Shown piece after piece: positions 46,527-57,074 of a stretch of DNA of 64,000 nucleotides; position 1 is the stretch's first letter; the number at the start of each line of letters is the position of its first letter. Source of the stretch: Clostridia bacterium (GTDB lineage: Bacteria > Bacillota > Clostridia > CAKSNL01 > HGM11501). Where the stretch lies: NCBI GenBank assembly GCA_017411325.1, contig JAFQQJ010000019.1:129540-193539 (forward strand), in the 5' to 3' direction. The position numbers and the translations under genes were made by a program. Below the pieces are notes generated by a model, which saw only the letters and a program-made list of their open reading frames with translations, did not search any database and was not told the origin of the DNA.

Positions 46527-48919
46527 TATTTATATATCTCTTCTGCATAGCGGACAGCTTCCATAGCGTCCTTTGCGTATTTATCCGCGCCGATTGCTTT
46601 TGCATAATCTTCGGTTAAAACCGCACCGCCAACCATTACCCTGCAGGATGGTAATTCCCTGCGGATTAATTTTATGGTTTCCTCCATATAAGGAACGGTT
46701 GTGGTCATAAGAGCGCTTAAGCCAACGAGGGGTGCATTTTTCTCCTTTGCCGCACGGACAATTTCCGAAGGCTCCACATCCTTACCAAGGTCTGTCACAT
46801 CAAAGCCGTAATTTTCAAGGAGAAGCTTTACGATGTTTTTACCGATGTCGTGAATATCTCCCTTAACCGTAGCAATTATAACGGGACATTTTTTATTCAT
46901 ATCGCTCTTCTGACTTTCCATTGCTTCCTTAACTTCAGAGAAAGCACACTTTGCCGCTTCCGCACTCATCAAAAGGCCGGGAAGATAAACCTTCTTTTCC
47001 TCAAAGCCCTTACCCACTATATCAAGGGCGGGGATGATTTCCTCTTCCACCACCGAAAGGGGTGCTTTTGTTTTAAGAAGCTCTTTTGTAAGACTCGTTG
47101 CACTTTCCGTAAGCCCCTTTATTATGGCGTCGGAAAGAGCGGATGCACCTTTAAGCTTTGCATTATCGGCTTTTCCTGCCGTCTCCTCCATTTTATGATT
47201 TTCTGCAAAGGAAATGTATTCCGTGCAGTTTTCGTCCATATCCGAAAGTGCCATATATGCACGGTAGGTTCTCATCATAGGAATCGAAAAGGGATTCATA
47301 ATTGCGGCGGAAAGTCCCTTTGAAAGCGCCATTGCGAAAAACGTCGCATTTATCCCGTCACGCTCCGGAAGCCCGAAGGATACATTTGAAACACCGAGTG
47401 AGGTGTGACATCCGAGCTTTTCCCTTATTATGTTAAGTGCCTTCAAGGTTTCCTTCGCGGCGGAGGAATCCGCGCTTACCGTCATTGCGAGGGTATCAAA
47501 AATGATATCCTTTTTATCTATGCCGTATTCTTTCGCCTTTTTTATAATCCTTTCGGCTATCGCCACTCTGCCTTCGGCTGTTTCGGGAATTCCCTTTTCA
47601 TCCAATGTGAGTGCAACTAAAAGTCCTCCGTATTTTTTTGCCAGCGGGAAGATTTTTTCCATACACTCTTCCTTGCCGTTAACGGAATTTATCATTGCCT
47701 TACCGTTATAAAGCCGTAATGCCTTTTCCATTGCATCTGCATCCGATGTATCAATCTGTAACGGAAGATTTGTCACCGCCTGAATGGCACAAACTACCGA
47801 TGTCAGCATTGCTCCTTCGTCAATTTCGGGAAGCCCGGTATTTACATCAAGAATTTTCGCCCCGGCCTCCTCCTGTGAAAGCGCTTCCTTCAGGATGTAA
47901 TCCATATCGTTTTCGCATAGTGCCTGCTTAAGCCGCTTTTTTCCTGTGGGATTTATCCGCTCCCCTATTAAAACCGGCTCATTTCCGAAATACACAGCGT
48001 GGGTATAAGAGGATACCACCGTGAGGTTTTTATCTTCGATGGGCTTTGGCAAAATATCCTTTGTTGCTTCCTTAAGCGCCCTTATATATTCCGGGGTTGT
48101 GCCGCAGCATCCGCCAACGATTCTTACACCCTTTTCGACAGCCTTTTTCATTTCCTCGGCAAATTCAGCGGGTGTTACATCATAACAGGTTTTTCCGTCC
48201 ACACTTCTGGGAAGTCCCGCATTGGGCTTTAATATAATTGGCGTTGATGCTACCTCAAGCATTTTTTCATATATGGGCTTAAGTGCCTCCGGCCCGAGCG
48301 AACAGTTCATACCAAATGCAGAAACTCTCATACCTTCAAGCATTGAGCTCATAGCTTCGGGGCTTGCCCCGGTCATTAAAAGTCCGTCTTCCCCGTAGGC
48401 GTTGGAGCAGAAAACAGGAAGATTTGAATTTTCCTTTGCCGCAAGGACTGCCGCCTTGGTTTCATAGCTGTCATTCATTGTTTCAATCATTATCAAATCC
48501 GCGCCGTATTTTTCGCCAAGTGCCACGGTTTTTGAAAAAATTGAAACAGCTTCAGAAAATTCTAAATCCCCGTAGGGCTTTAAGAGTTTACCCAAGGGGC
48601 CTATATCAAGCGCCACATATTTTTCGTGGTCGCCTTTTGCCTCATCTCTCGCCTCATTTGCAATTTTAATTGCCGAAGCAATTATTTCTTCAAGCTCATC
48701 ATCTGAAAACTTAAGGCTGTTTGCACCGAAGGTGTTGGTGTTTACAACATTACTTCCCGCCTCAAAATAGTCCTTGTGGATTTTCTTTATTACATCGGGA
48801 TGTGAGATGTTCCACCTCTCCGGAAGCTCTCCGGGCATAAGGCCTTCCTTTTGAAGAAGCGTTCCCATTCCGCCGTCAAGATATAAAATATTGTCTTTTA
48901 TATAATCAAGTATTTTCAT
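46526..48919 (-). CDS. metH: Cobalamin-dependent methionine synthase (Hcy-binding, pterin-binding and B12-binding domains; no AdoMet reactivation domain)
   Basis: LDGGMGT, GMNC, GGCCGTTP, IGERINPTGKK, ATVKGDIHDIGKNIV, SALMTTT. Confidence 0.92.
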   Translation of the reverse strand: MKILDYIKDNILYLDGGMGTLLQKEGLMPGELPERWNISHPDVIKKIHKDYFEAGSNVVNTNTFGANSLKFSDDELEEIIASAIKIANEARDEAKGDHEKYVALDIGPLGKLLKPYGDLEFSEAVSIFSKTVALGEKYGADLIMIETMNDSYETKAAVLAAKENSNLPVFCSNAYGEDGLLMTGASPEAMSSMLEGMRVSAFGMNCSLGPEALKPIYEKMLEVASTPIILKPNAGLPRSVDGKTCYDVTPAEFAEEMKKAVEKGVRIVGGCCGTTPEYIRALKEATKDILPKPIEDKNLTVVSSYTHAVYFGNEPVLIGERINPTGKKRLKQALCENDMDYILKEALSQEEAGAKILDVNTGLPEIDEGAMLTSVVCAIQAVTNLPLQIDTSDADAMEKALRLYNGKAMINSVNGKEECMEKIFPLAKKYGGLLVALTLDEKGIPETAEGRVAIAERIIKKAKEYGIDKKDIIFDTLAMTVSADSSAAKETLKALNIIREKLGCHTSLGVSNVSFGLPERDGINATFFAMALSKGLSAAIMNPFSIPMMRTYRAYMALSDMDENCTEYISFAENHKMEETAGKADNAKLKGASALSDAIIKGLTESATSLTKELLKTKAPLSVVEEEIIPALDIVGKGFEEKKVYLPGLLMSAEAAKCAFSEVKEAMESQKSDMNKKCPVIIATVKGDIHDIGKNIVKLLLENYGFDVTDLGKDVEPSEIVRAAKEKNAPLVGLSALMTTTVPYMEETIKLIRRELPSCRVMVGGAVLTEDYAKAIGADKYAKDAMEAVRYAEEIYK

Positions 48920-48920
48920 T

Positions 48921-49802
48921 TTAGTCCTCTTTTAATATCGCGGAAAGATTTTCCTGAATTTTTGCCGCAACAAACGGCTTGTTCATGGAATAAACGTGCA
49001 CGTTCATAATGTTATTTGCATAAAGGTCAATTATCTGATCCGTCGCATAGGCAATTCCCGCCTGACGCATTGCATCGGGATTATGGCCGAATTTATCGAC
49101 AATGCTGATAAAGCGGCGGGGCATAAACGAACCCGAAAGCTTTATGGCACGCTCCACCTGATTTGCATTGGTTATGGGCATAATGCCCGCAATTACGGGA
49201 ACGGTGATTCCCGCTTCCCTGATTTTATAAAGAAAGTTATAAAGTAAGTTATTATCAAAAAACATCTGGGTGGTTAAAAACTCAAGCCCTGCATCCACCT
49301 TTTCCTTCAGATACTTTATGTCATCCTTCTGATTTAAGCTTTCGGGATGCACCTCGGGATAGCAGGCACCGCCGATGCAGAAGTCGCTGCCGCATTCTTT
49401 AAGCTCGCGAACCAGATCAACGGCGTTTTTATAGTGCCAGGAGGATTTATCGCCTGCTTTAAGCTCATCCGTAAGGTCTCCCCTCAGGGCAAGTACATTT
49501 TCAATCCCCGCATTTTTCATATCTGAAATTCTTTCGCGAACAGTTTCCTTTGTGGATGAAACACAGGTAAGATGCGCAATCATTGACACACCGTATTTTT
49601 CCTTTATGCTTTTAGCAATATCAAGAGTATACTTGCTTGTACCGCCGCCTGCACCATAGGTCACACTCATAAAGGAGGGGCGAAGACGGGCAATTTCCTC
49701 AGTTGCCTCTTTTACACTTTCAAATGCCGTATCGGTTTTCGGAGGGAAAACCTCAAAGGATAAGCGGGGCTTTTCACCTTTCAGTATTTCTCTAAGCTTC
49801 AT
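48921..49802 (-). CDS. metF: 5,10-methylenetetrahydrofolate reductase
   Basis: SFEVFPPK, SVTYGAGG, AHLTC, LALRGD, YPEVH, TQMFFD. Start 49802 or 49820. Confidence 0.95.
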   Translation of the reverse strand: MKLREILKGEKPRLSFEVFPPKTDTAFESVKEATEEIARLRPSFMSVTYGAGGGTSKYTLDIAKSIKEKYGVSMIAHLTCVSSTKETVRERISDMKNAGIENVLALRGDLTDELKAGDKSSWHYKNAVDLVRELKECGSDFCIGGACYPEVHPESLNQKDDIKYLKEKVDAGLEFLTTQMFFDNNLLYNFLYKIREAGITVPVIAGIMPITNANQVERAIKLSGSFMPRRFISIVDKFGHNPDAMRQAGIAYATDQIIDLYANNIMNVHVYSMNKPFVAAKIQENLSAILKED

Positions 49803-49869
49803 ATTATCAGCTCTTTTCATATGTTTTAATTTTTATAATAGCATAAAAGCCTTTATTTTGCAATAAAAA

Positions 49870-49897
49870 AATACTGCGGATAATAAATCCGCAGTAT
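49870..49897 (-). terminator. Intrinsic terminator
   Basis: ATACTGCGGAT-AATAA-ATCCGCAGTAT preceded by an A-run. Confidence 0.7.
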
Positions 49898-49902
49898 CAA
49901 AA

Positions 49903-51453
49903 TTATTTCTTAATAACGATTGCCTGCTCAGCCTGGTTCCATTCGCAGTTGATGCCAAGAACCTTTGTAAAGAAGATAACGGGAACTGTTGCGCTTCCGT
50001 CAGCAGCTGTATGAGTGGGCTTTGCAAGAAGAAGTCTTACGCCGTTTGAAGCGAGGTAGTTTGAGTTCTTCTTGAAGTTGTATGTTACGCCGCCGTATGT
50101 AACTGTGATATCGTCACCGGATTCAGCATAGGAGCCGCCGAGAGCTTCCATAGTATACTTGAAGGGAAGCATTGTTGCACCGCCTACGATGTAGGGAGCT
50201 GTTACTGTTCCTGCTGTGCCGTTTGCATTTGCACTGGTGTTTCCGAGCTTAAGAACGATTTTTCCGGAACCGGGAGCTGTATCAGCAGTTGTTGTTGTCT
50301 TAACTATCTGAGTCTGAACTACTGTCTCAAGGGGGCCGAAGAAATCAACCTCAGCTGCCATACAGTATCTTGAGCTTTCTTCAATGATAACTCTTACAGC
50401 CTTAACTGTTACGTTTTTACCGAAACCGAAAATTCTTTCCTTGGGATCGTTGCCGGAATATGTATTTATAGCTGTGCAGCCTTCAACATACTTCTTACCG
50501 TCTGTGGAGTAAAGAACTCTTACCTTTAACCAGTAACCGCCGGTGCTGTCCTGTCTGGGAGTGTAGCTGATACCGGAGATTTCTGTCTTCTTTGTGAATG
50601 TAAAGTCAAGTGTGAAGGGAGCCTGGTCATAGCCTGTGATTGTGGAACCGGATGCTGTATACGCACTGTGCCAGTAGGTCTTTATATCACCGTCAAGCAT
50701 CATGGGAGAAGATCCGCCCTGACCATCACTGGTTGCCTTTACGGAAATACCGGTCTTGTCAATCTTATCTCCGACTTTCTGTACAGCCGTTGTCTTTGTA
50801 ACAGCTGCCTGAGGTGTAGCAGGAGCAGCGGGAGTTGCAGAAGCAGCAGGAGTAGCGGGCTTTGCTGCGCCCTTCTGGTTAGAAATAGTCTTTGCTGCAG
50901 CTTCATCTGTGATTAAAGCTATTTCCCCGATTTCCCATTCGCCCCAGTTATCATTGCTCTTCTGAGAAGAAAGAGAAATGTACTTGGCTGTGATTTCTTT
51001 TCCGAAATAATAATCATCAAACCAGAACTGATCGTTTGCGCTTCTTGTGTTTGCAACATCTGTCCAGGTTTTTCCGTCAGAAGAAATCTTTACAAGAAGA
51101 ACTTCTGCTCTTCTGTGATCCTTGCCGTTCATGTTGGGGTCAGCATTTGTACCTTCCGCACCTGCTACGCAGTTTTTACTCATCCACGCACGGATACCGG
51201 AGAATTTCTGCTCAGTGCCCAAATCAAACTGGATTGTACCCTTAAGCTTTGCACCGAAGTCATTTCTTGTTCCGTCAACAAGAGCAGTTGTCTTGGCGCC
51301 GGAATAAGCCGCTGTATCCTTTCCGTCGTATGTAATTGTTGCGCCTGTTATTTTCTTTGCGCCCTTCATATCTTCTGTGCCGATTTCAGCAGCAAATACG
51401 GATGCGCTCATTATCATAACAAGTGCTAAAATTAATGCTAAAGTCTTTTTCAT
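49903..51453 (-). CDS. Secreted protein with 2 discoidin domains, Ala/Pro/Thr linker and stalk domain
   Basis: Signal peptide. DLGTEQKFSGIR, MLDGDIKTYWHSAY, YTPRQD. C-terminal APYIVGGATMLPF..EALG and VPV.FF..VLG...W. Confidence 0.82.
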   Translation of the reverse strand: MKKTLALILALVMIMSASVFAAEIGTEDMKGAKKITGATITYDGKDTAAYSGAKTTALVDGTRNDFGAKLKGTIQFDLGTEQKFSGIRAWMSKNCVAGAEGTNADPNMNGKDHRRAEVLLVKISSDGKTWTDVANTRSANDQFWFDDYYFGKEITAKYISLSSQKSNDNWGEWEIGEIALITDEAAAKTISNQKGAAKPATPAASATPAAPATPQAAVTKTTAVQKVGDKIDKTGISVKATSDGQGGSSPMMLDGDIKTYWHSAYTASGSTITGYDQAPFTLDFTFTKKTEISGISYTPRQDSTGGYWLKVRVLYSTDGKKYVEGCTAINTYSGNDPKERIFGFGKNVTVKAVRVIIEESSRYCMAAEVDFFGPLETVVQTQIVKTTTTADTAPGSGKIVLKLGNTSANANGTAGTVTAPYIVGGATMLPFKYTMEALGGSYAESGDDITVTYGGVTYNFKKNSNYLASNGVRLLLAKPTHTAADGSATVPVIFFTKVLGINCEWNQAEQAIVIKK

Positions 51454-51595
51454 ATAAGTTTCCTCCTATTATGCATTATGGTATAGTATATTATAGCACA
51501 ACAAGTCCCTTTTTCACAATCTTTTTTTCTGTTTTTTCTTCTCTTTTCCCGCTTTTCGTCATTTTGCACAAACCAAACCTTATCTTTTTGTGAAA

Positions 51596-51628
51596 AATTA
51601 CACCCGCAACAGCTGTGCGGGTGTAATT
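51596..51628 (-). terminator. Intrinsic terminator of module 3
   Basis: AATTACACCCGCA-ACAGCTG-TGCGGGTGTAATT. Confidence 0.75.
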
Positions 51629-51633
51629 CATAC

Positions 51634-54366
51634 TTATTTTTCTATGGTAATTGTCTGTGTTGCGCCGTCCCAGCCTACTGTGTATCCGAGACGTTCTGAC
51701 ACAAATCTTAAGGGAATGAAGGTTCTGCCGTTTTCAATTCTGGGTGCAACGGGAGAGGTATATCTTATGCCGTTTACCCATACACGGTTATTTTCAATCT
51801 GAAATTCGATGGCTGTTCCTTCGGCTTCCACGGTGATTTTCTTGTTTTCGCCGTGCCAGGTAACCTCTGCACCCATTTCCTCAAAGAGACCGCGAAGGGG
51901 AATCATTGTTGTTCCCTCAACAATAAAGGGCTCAACATCTATAGTCTTCACTCTGCCCTCTTCGCCCTTTGTTACCCTGATATCCTTTGAGCCTATATGA
52001 AGAGTATAGCATTCCTTTTCCCCGGAAAGGCGGGCAAGCTGATCTTTTTCGCTTTCGTAGAACTGAACGTCCGCACAGGTGGCATGGGCACTTGCCTTGC
52101 TGCCTCCGTCATTGGTTGTAACTAAGATGTCTATGCGGAAATATCTTGTGGTTATGGGCTCATAGAAGGGAATCCTCATAAAGTTGAAGGACTTATACTG
52201 GGTGGGGTTAAGAACATAGCTATCCACAAAGTCATAATTTTCACCGTCCGCTGATGTGCTTATTTCAAACTCAACCCAGTGACCGCTTAAAAAGCCCTGA
52301 CCTCTCGGCATAAAGCCGAAGCCCGAAAGAGTGTATTCCTTTCCGAGGTCATACTCAAGATAAGCGGGCATTACCTTTTTATTGAAGCCCTCAGTTGAGC
52401 CGTCCTCGTTTCTGTACTGAGTGTGCCATACGGAATATTCATTCCGGTCAATGGTTTTGATTGCAGTTGAGTGCATATCGTTGGCGTTTTCAAAGGGATA
52501 GGGCTGTTCGCTACTTGCCTCTACCTTAACCTCGCTTCTGTCTATGGGAAGCATTTTATAGTCGCCGTAGTTATCTCTCATTTCCGCCACAGTTACTGTC
52601 TCTTTATAAAGAGTGGGCTTAAGCACACGGATTTCCGATGCAACGGCATAGTTACTCATAGAGTCCACAATTACAAGCTTTATTGCCTTTGCTTTAACAT
52701 TTCTGCTCATTACAAGCTCGCAGGGCGTTCTTCTCTGGTCCTTTGTTGTGGTTCCGCCGTAGGAGAAGGTGAAATCCTCAACCGCGGGATAGAAGTTTTC
52801 GCCGTCATCAGACACATATAAGCTTACGATTTTGAATATACCCGCACTGCTCTGGGATTCGTCTCTGGGGTAATATCTGATGCCGGAAACCTCGGTTTCC
52901 TCCGGGAAGGTTATGATATAGTCAAAGGGGTTCATATCATGGAAAACGATTTTTCCGTCCTCAACCACATAAGCAGAATGCCAGAAGGTAGCAAGGCTGC
53001 CGTCTATGGCAAGCTCGGGCTTTGTCATTGCGCTGGAGGCTGTCACCTTCCAGTCTGCGCCGGGAGTCATTTCATCTTCTTCATACTCCGACTTTGCAGC
53101 TTCTATTGGCTTTGTTTCTTCCTTGGCTTCTTCCTTTTTACCGGAGGCTGATGCTCCGCCGATTCCTGTGGTTGCATCAATTTCTGTTGCAGTAAGCTTA
53201 ACAGCTGTTACTTCGGCTGCCTTTAATTTTTCGTCACTCTTAAGGAGTGAAAGCTCTGACATTGTGCCGAAGTCCTGCTGTCCTTTTGTAATAGTAAGTC
53301 TTACAGACTTTACACCTACGTTAGAGTCAAACTTTATCGTTCTTCCGACTTCACGGTCGGAAAATGAAGGATTGTAGGAAAGCTTTACATCACCAAGCTT
53401 TGTATAGGTGCTTCCGTCTTCGGAAATTTCAATACCCATTCCCTTTACAACACCTGCCGTGCTTCCGCCGAGTCTGGGATAATAGCGGATACCGGATATT
53501 TCCGTCACATCGGGAAGGGTAAGCTCGAAGGTATAGGGCATCGGATCCTTTTCGGTGATGGTAGAGCCTTCTGCCTTGTAGCCTGAATGCCAGATGGTGT
53601 CAATGTTTCCGTCAATGGCGTTTTCCGCCTTCTGTGCTATGCTGGAAGCAGAGACTGTCCAGCCGGATTTATCGGTAATTTCGTCCTTTACCTTACCGCT
53701 GTCGGCACCTGCACCGCCAACTGCCGCAGAGCCTGTTTCCTTTGCGATATTCTGTGTTTCAACGCCGTTTTCCGTTGCGGGGATTACGGTTTTTGCAAGC
53801 TTAACGGATTTCGCATCTGCGCTTGAAAGACTATCCTTCTTTTTAAGAAGGGAAAGCTCCGCCATTGTGCCGAAATCGCTGTAGCCCTTTATTACGTCAA
53901 ACTTAAGGGACTTTATCTTTACATTTGCCGTAAAGTCAACGGTTTTTCCGCCTTCACGGTCGGAATATGCGGGATTGTACTGAAACTTAACCTGTCCCAT
54001 TTCGGTGTAGTTTTCACCGTCTTCGGAAATGTATACTATGATATCGTAAAATGTACCTGCCACACTTCCGCCAAGTCTGGGGTAGTAGCGGAAGCCCGAA
54101 ACTTCCGTTTCCTCGGGAAGTGTAAGTGTTACCGTATAGGGCATGGGATCCTTCGCCGTAACCTGACCGCCCTCTGCGGTGTAGCCCGAATGCCAGATGG
54201 TGTCTATATCACCGTCGATAGCACGTTCTATTGCCTGAATCTGGCTTGTAGCCTTAATTGTCCAGCCGTCTTTTGAAATTTCATCATCAGCTGCGAAAGA
54301 TGTAAGGGCGAAAACAGATGAAAGAATTATTGATAATGCGAATATTAAAGATAATATTTTTTTCAT
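51634..54366 (-). CDS. Secreted protein with 4 discoidin domains + stalk domain (module 3)
   Basis: True start MKKILSL after GGAGG. AIDG.IDTIWHSGY / RYYPRLGG units. C-terminal EPFIVEGTTMIPLRGL and RTFIPLRFVSE. Confidence 0.85.
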   Translation of the reverse strand: MKKILSLIFALSIILSSVFALTSFAADDEISKDGWTIKATSQIQAIERAIDGDIDTIWHSGYTAEGGQVTAKDPMPYTVTLTLPEETEVSGFRYYPRLGGSVAGTFYDIIVYISEDGENYTEMGQVKFQYNPAYSDREGGKTVDFTANVKIKSLKFDVIKGYSDFGTMAELSLLKKKDSLSSADAKSVKLAKTVIPATENGVETQNIAKETGSAAVGGAGADSGKVKDEITDKSGWTVSASSIAQKAENAIDGNIDTIWHSGYKAEGSTITEKDPMPYTFELTLPDVTEISGIRYYPRLGGSTAGVVKGMGIEISEDGSTYTKLGDVKLSYNPSFSDREVGRTIKFDSNVGVKSVRLTITKGQQDFGTMSELSLLKSDEKLKAAEVTAVKLTATEIDATTGIGGASASGKKEEAKEETKPIEAAKSEYEEDEMTPGADWKVTASSAMTKPELAIDGSLATFWHSAYVVEDGKIVFHDMNPFDYIITFPEETEVSGIRYYPRDESQSSAGIFKIVSLYVSDDGENFYPAVEDFTFSYGGTTTKDQRRTPCELVMSRNVKAKAIKLVIVDSMSNYAVASEIRVLKPTLYKETVTVAEMRDNYGDYKMLPIDRSEVKVEASSEQPYPFENANDMHSTAIKTIDRNEYSVWHTQYRNEDGSTEGFNKKVMPAYLEYDLGKEYTLSGFGFMPRGQGFLSGHWVEFEISTSADGENYDFVDSYVLNPTQYKSFNFMRIPFYEPITTRYFRIDILVTTNDGGSKASAHATCADVQFYESEKDQLARLSGEKECYTLHIGSKDIRVTKGEEGRVKTIDVEPFIVEGTTMIPLRGLFEEMGAEVTWHGENKKITVEAEGTAIEFQIENNRVWVNGIRYTSPVAPRIENGRTFIPLRFVSERLGYTVGWDGATQTITIEK

Positions 54367-54379
54367 TTTTTCCGCCTCC

Positions 54380-57031
54380 TTATATAAGCTCTGCCGCACG
54401 AAGTGCCGCATCGGTATTTATTTCTTCTCCGAATGCATAAATTCCGTTTCCTAAGCTCTTGACGTCATAGCCAAGTGTGTCAAAAAGGAAGGTTACGGGA
54501 ACGTATGCGATTCCGTCAACATCAACTACGGGATTTGTAAGTGTTATGTCAACACCGTCCGCCACACCGGAAAGGGTGTTAAGTGTTGTATAGAAAAGAC
54601 CTTCCTTTGAATCAATTTTAAAGAAGCTTCTGTAGCCCTCGTAAATTGTTCTTGTTGTGCCGTAGCCTATTGCATCCTTAAGCATTGTATAGGGAACATA
54701 AGCCGTTCCGTTAATTTCTCTTACTCCGTAAGCGTTGTTTGCTTCAAAGGCATCCATAACGCCGCCACGGATAACCGCCTTAGAGGAGCCAACCTTTACA
54801 ATGGTTGTGTTTTTAAGGAGCGCTCTGTCAGCATCCGTTACACATCTTTCGGGAATTTCGGTATATACATAATTAAATCTGCTTGCGGGAGCGCATATGC
54901 CTGTAACATAGAAATTCATAATGTCGGAATCGTCTGAATTGTCCGCCCACTTAAATTCAATATCGGTTACATCTCCGATTCCAACTAATGCTTTTGCCAC
55001 CTTAATCTGAAGCTGTTTTCCACTGAGCACCTGCTCTGCCTTTCCTATTGCGTTCCATGCGCCGTTAAAGCTGTAAACATCGGTGTTTGCCACTTTTATG
55101 TCATAGCCTTCCCAGCCGGTTGCACGGTTTCGGTCGGCGTCAATGTAAAGTGCCATCCAGTTATTGCCCGAAGGTGCGGTAATATCCTTTTCGCAGGTAG
55201 CACTAAACCAGATAAATTCATCATTTCTTGCAACCTTGCTTGTTTTTATATTGTTTCTTGCAGTTTTATTTACATAGTGATTTTTTCCGTAGCCTGCCGC
55301 ATCACGGTCATATGCTCCGCGTACATTGCAGAAAGTGGGTGCCACATTATCCCAGGATGCGGGATTTGCCATATCAATGGTGGTTTTTTCACTTGCAGTG
55401 GGTGCGGGACGAACGCCCTTCCACTTACGGATGGCATCAACCATCAGCATATATCCGCTGTCACGGTTTCCGCCCTTTGCAAGGGCAAGATCACGGGTGT
55501 TAACCTGGTCAAAATGGTCGATAAAGGAATTTTTGAATTTACCTGAGTAGTTTTCCTGTCTTCCTACGGTCCATTCGTTCCAGCTTGAAATCAGCATAAT
55601 TCTTGCATCGGTTTCAAGGGCGCCTGATACCTGTTCTTCAAAGAAGTAGTTATACTTATACGCATCGGCATCCCAGATGTGTCCGAAGGTTTCGGTGTAG
55701 TTTTTGCCTCTTGCGGTTTTATATCCCATGGGAACGAGCTGTTCCGTTTCGATGGACTTGTTGCAGCCGCCCGCAACTGTTACGGTTTCGGCATTTCCAG
55801 AAGAGTCCACGCCATAGGTCTTCATAGGATATTTTTCAATGATAGACCATTTGTCGGTTTTATCGGAAAGGCTATCGTTCCAGTCTCCCTCAATTCCGCG
55901 GAATGTGAAGAAATCAAGAATTTCTTCGGTTAATTTAACATCCTCGGGATCATTTTCGTTAAGATAACGCTCCATTGATTCCTGATGTCCCATCAAAAGG
56001 GGCTTGCCCTCGTGATAATACCACAAATCCTCGTAGTAGCCGGGCTTGTAGAAGGTACGGTACATATAGAAAAGCATGGTTTTTGCATTTTCTGTGGGAT
56101 ATGCCATATTACATGCCAGAGTAAATTTTGGCACATCCACGCCATCTATCTTAGCATCACGGAACGCCTGGCAAAATACCTCCATATTGCGGCGGAAAAC
56201 CGCAATTCCGTTGGTATCGTCAAAGAACAAAAAGTCTACCCCTGCCTCGGATAAAAGCTCCGCATCCTTTCTGTATACCCAGTAGTCGTTGCCCGCATAA
56301 AATCCGTATAAGGGCTCGTCCCAGAAATACTCGGTCTTACCCTTGGGCCACGCGGGATGAAGATATCCGTCTTCCTTATATGCATCGGGATGCTGAAGCT
56401 GGAAGGTTGAGTTATTTATAACCGCCTCGTTATCCTCGTGTCCTGTATTCCATATCCAGTAAAATAAGCCGACTTCCTTACCTTCCTTAACGCCGCCGAC
56501 TTCGGAATAATCGGCAACGGCACGACCAAGCTCGCTTGTTCCTGCCCAGGTGTCGGAAAAGTCGTCAATTACCGGCGCAGTTACGGGCGTATAGCCTTCT
56601 CTTTCGGTAATTCTTTCGTCGGACAAGGATATTTCAAAAATATCCGATGCGCCTGCAGGGCCGTAGGTTGAAATTATGTATAAGTCGTGCTTGCCCGTAA
56701 CCGATACGTTACAGCCAAACTCGTTCTTGCCTTCCTTATAAAGGTCAATCTCACCTATAATTTCTCCCGTGGGCTTGTCGATTCTAACCTCAAAAAGGTC
56801 ACCGCTCCAGCCCGAGGTCCAGTTTGCCTCCGCCGTCATTCTTACAGACTTTACATCCGTAAAGTCAACGGAGGGAAAATACACATAGTTCCCTTTCTGC
56901 ATTTCAAGAATGCCCGAGGTTAATTTTGCCCCTTCCGTTTTTTCAACGGTAAGAGGAGTTTTTGCCGCAAATGCATTGACAGTCGATATCGCCATAACAA
57001 TGCAAAGGGCAACAGCAAGCATTTTTTTCAT
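54380..57031 (-). CDS. Secreted CBM6-like + GH99/GH71-like hydrolase + degenerate stalk domain (module 3)
   Basis: FPSVDF, EVRIDKPTGEIIG, TGKHDLY, VGLFYWIW, FWDEPLYGFY, ISSWNEW, TRDLAL. Confidence 0.72.
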   Translation of the reverse strand: MKKMLAVALCIVMAISTVNAFAAKTPLTVEKTEGAKLTSGILEMQKGNYVYFPSVDFTDVKSVRMTAEANWTSGWSGDLFEVRIDKPTGEIIGEIDLYKEGKNEFGCNVSVTGKHDLYIISTYGPAGASDIFEISLSDERITEREGYTPVTAPVIDDFSDTWAGTSELGRAVADYSEVGGVKEGKEVGLFYWIWNTGHEDNEAVINNSTFQLQHPDAYKEDGYLHPAWPKGKTEYFWDEPLYGFYAGNDYWVYRKDAELLSEAGVDFLFFDDTNGIAVFRRNMEVFCQAFRDAKIDGVDVPKFTLACNMAYPTENAKTMLFYMYRTFYKPGYYEDLWYYHEGKPLLMGHQESMERYLNENDPEDVKLTEEILDFFTFRGIEGDWNDSLSDKTDKWSIIEKYPMKTYGVDSSGNAETVTVAGGCNKSIETEQLVPMGYKTARGKNYTETFGHIWDADAYKYNYFFEEQVSGALETDARIMLISSWNEWTVGRQENYSGKFKNSFIDHFDQVNTRDLALAKGGNRDSGYMLMVDAIRKWKGVRPAPTASEKTTIDMANPASWDNVAPTFCNVRGAYDRDAAGYGKNHYVNKTARNNIKTSKVARNDEFIWFSATCEKDITAPSGNNWMALYIDADRNRATGWEGYDIKVANTDVYSFNGAWNAIGKAEQVLSGKQLQIKVAKALVGIGDVTDIEFKWADNSDDSDIMNFYVTGICAPASRFNYVYTEIPERCVTDADRALLKNTTIVKVGSSKAVIRGGVMDAFEANNAYGVREINGTAYVPYTMLKDAIGYGTTRTIYEGYRSFFKIDSKEGLFYTTLNTLSGVADGVDITLTNPVVDVDGIAYVPVTFLFDTLGYDVKSLGNGIYAFGEEINTDAALRAAELI

Positions 57032-57052
57032 ATTTTTACTCCTTCCTTATTT

Positions 57053-57074
57053 AAACAGCCGACGGCTGTTTTTT
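57053..57074 (-). terminator. Hairpin after the AEC transporter gene
   Basis: AAACAGCC-GAC-GGCTGTTT. Confidence 0.5.
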
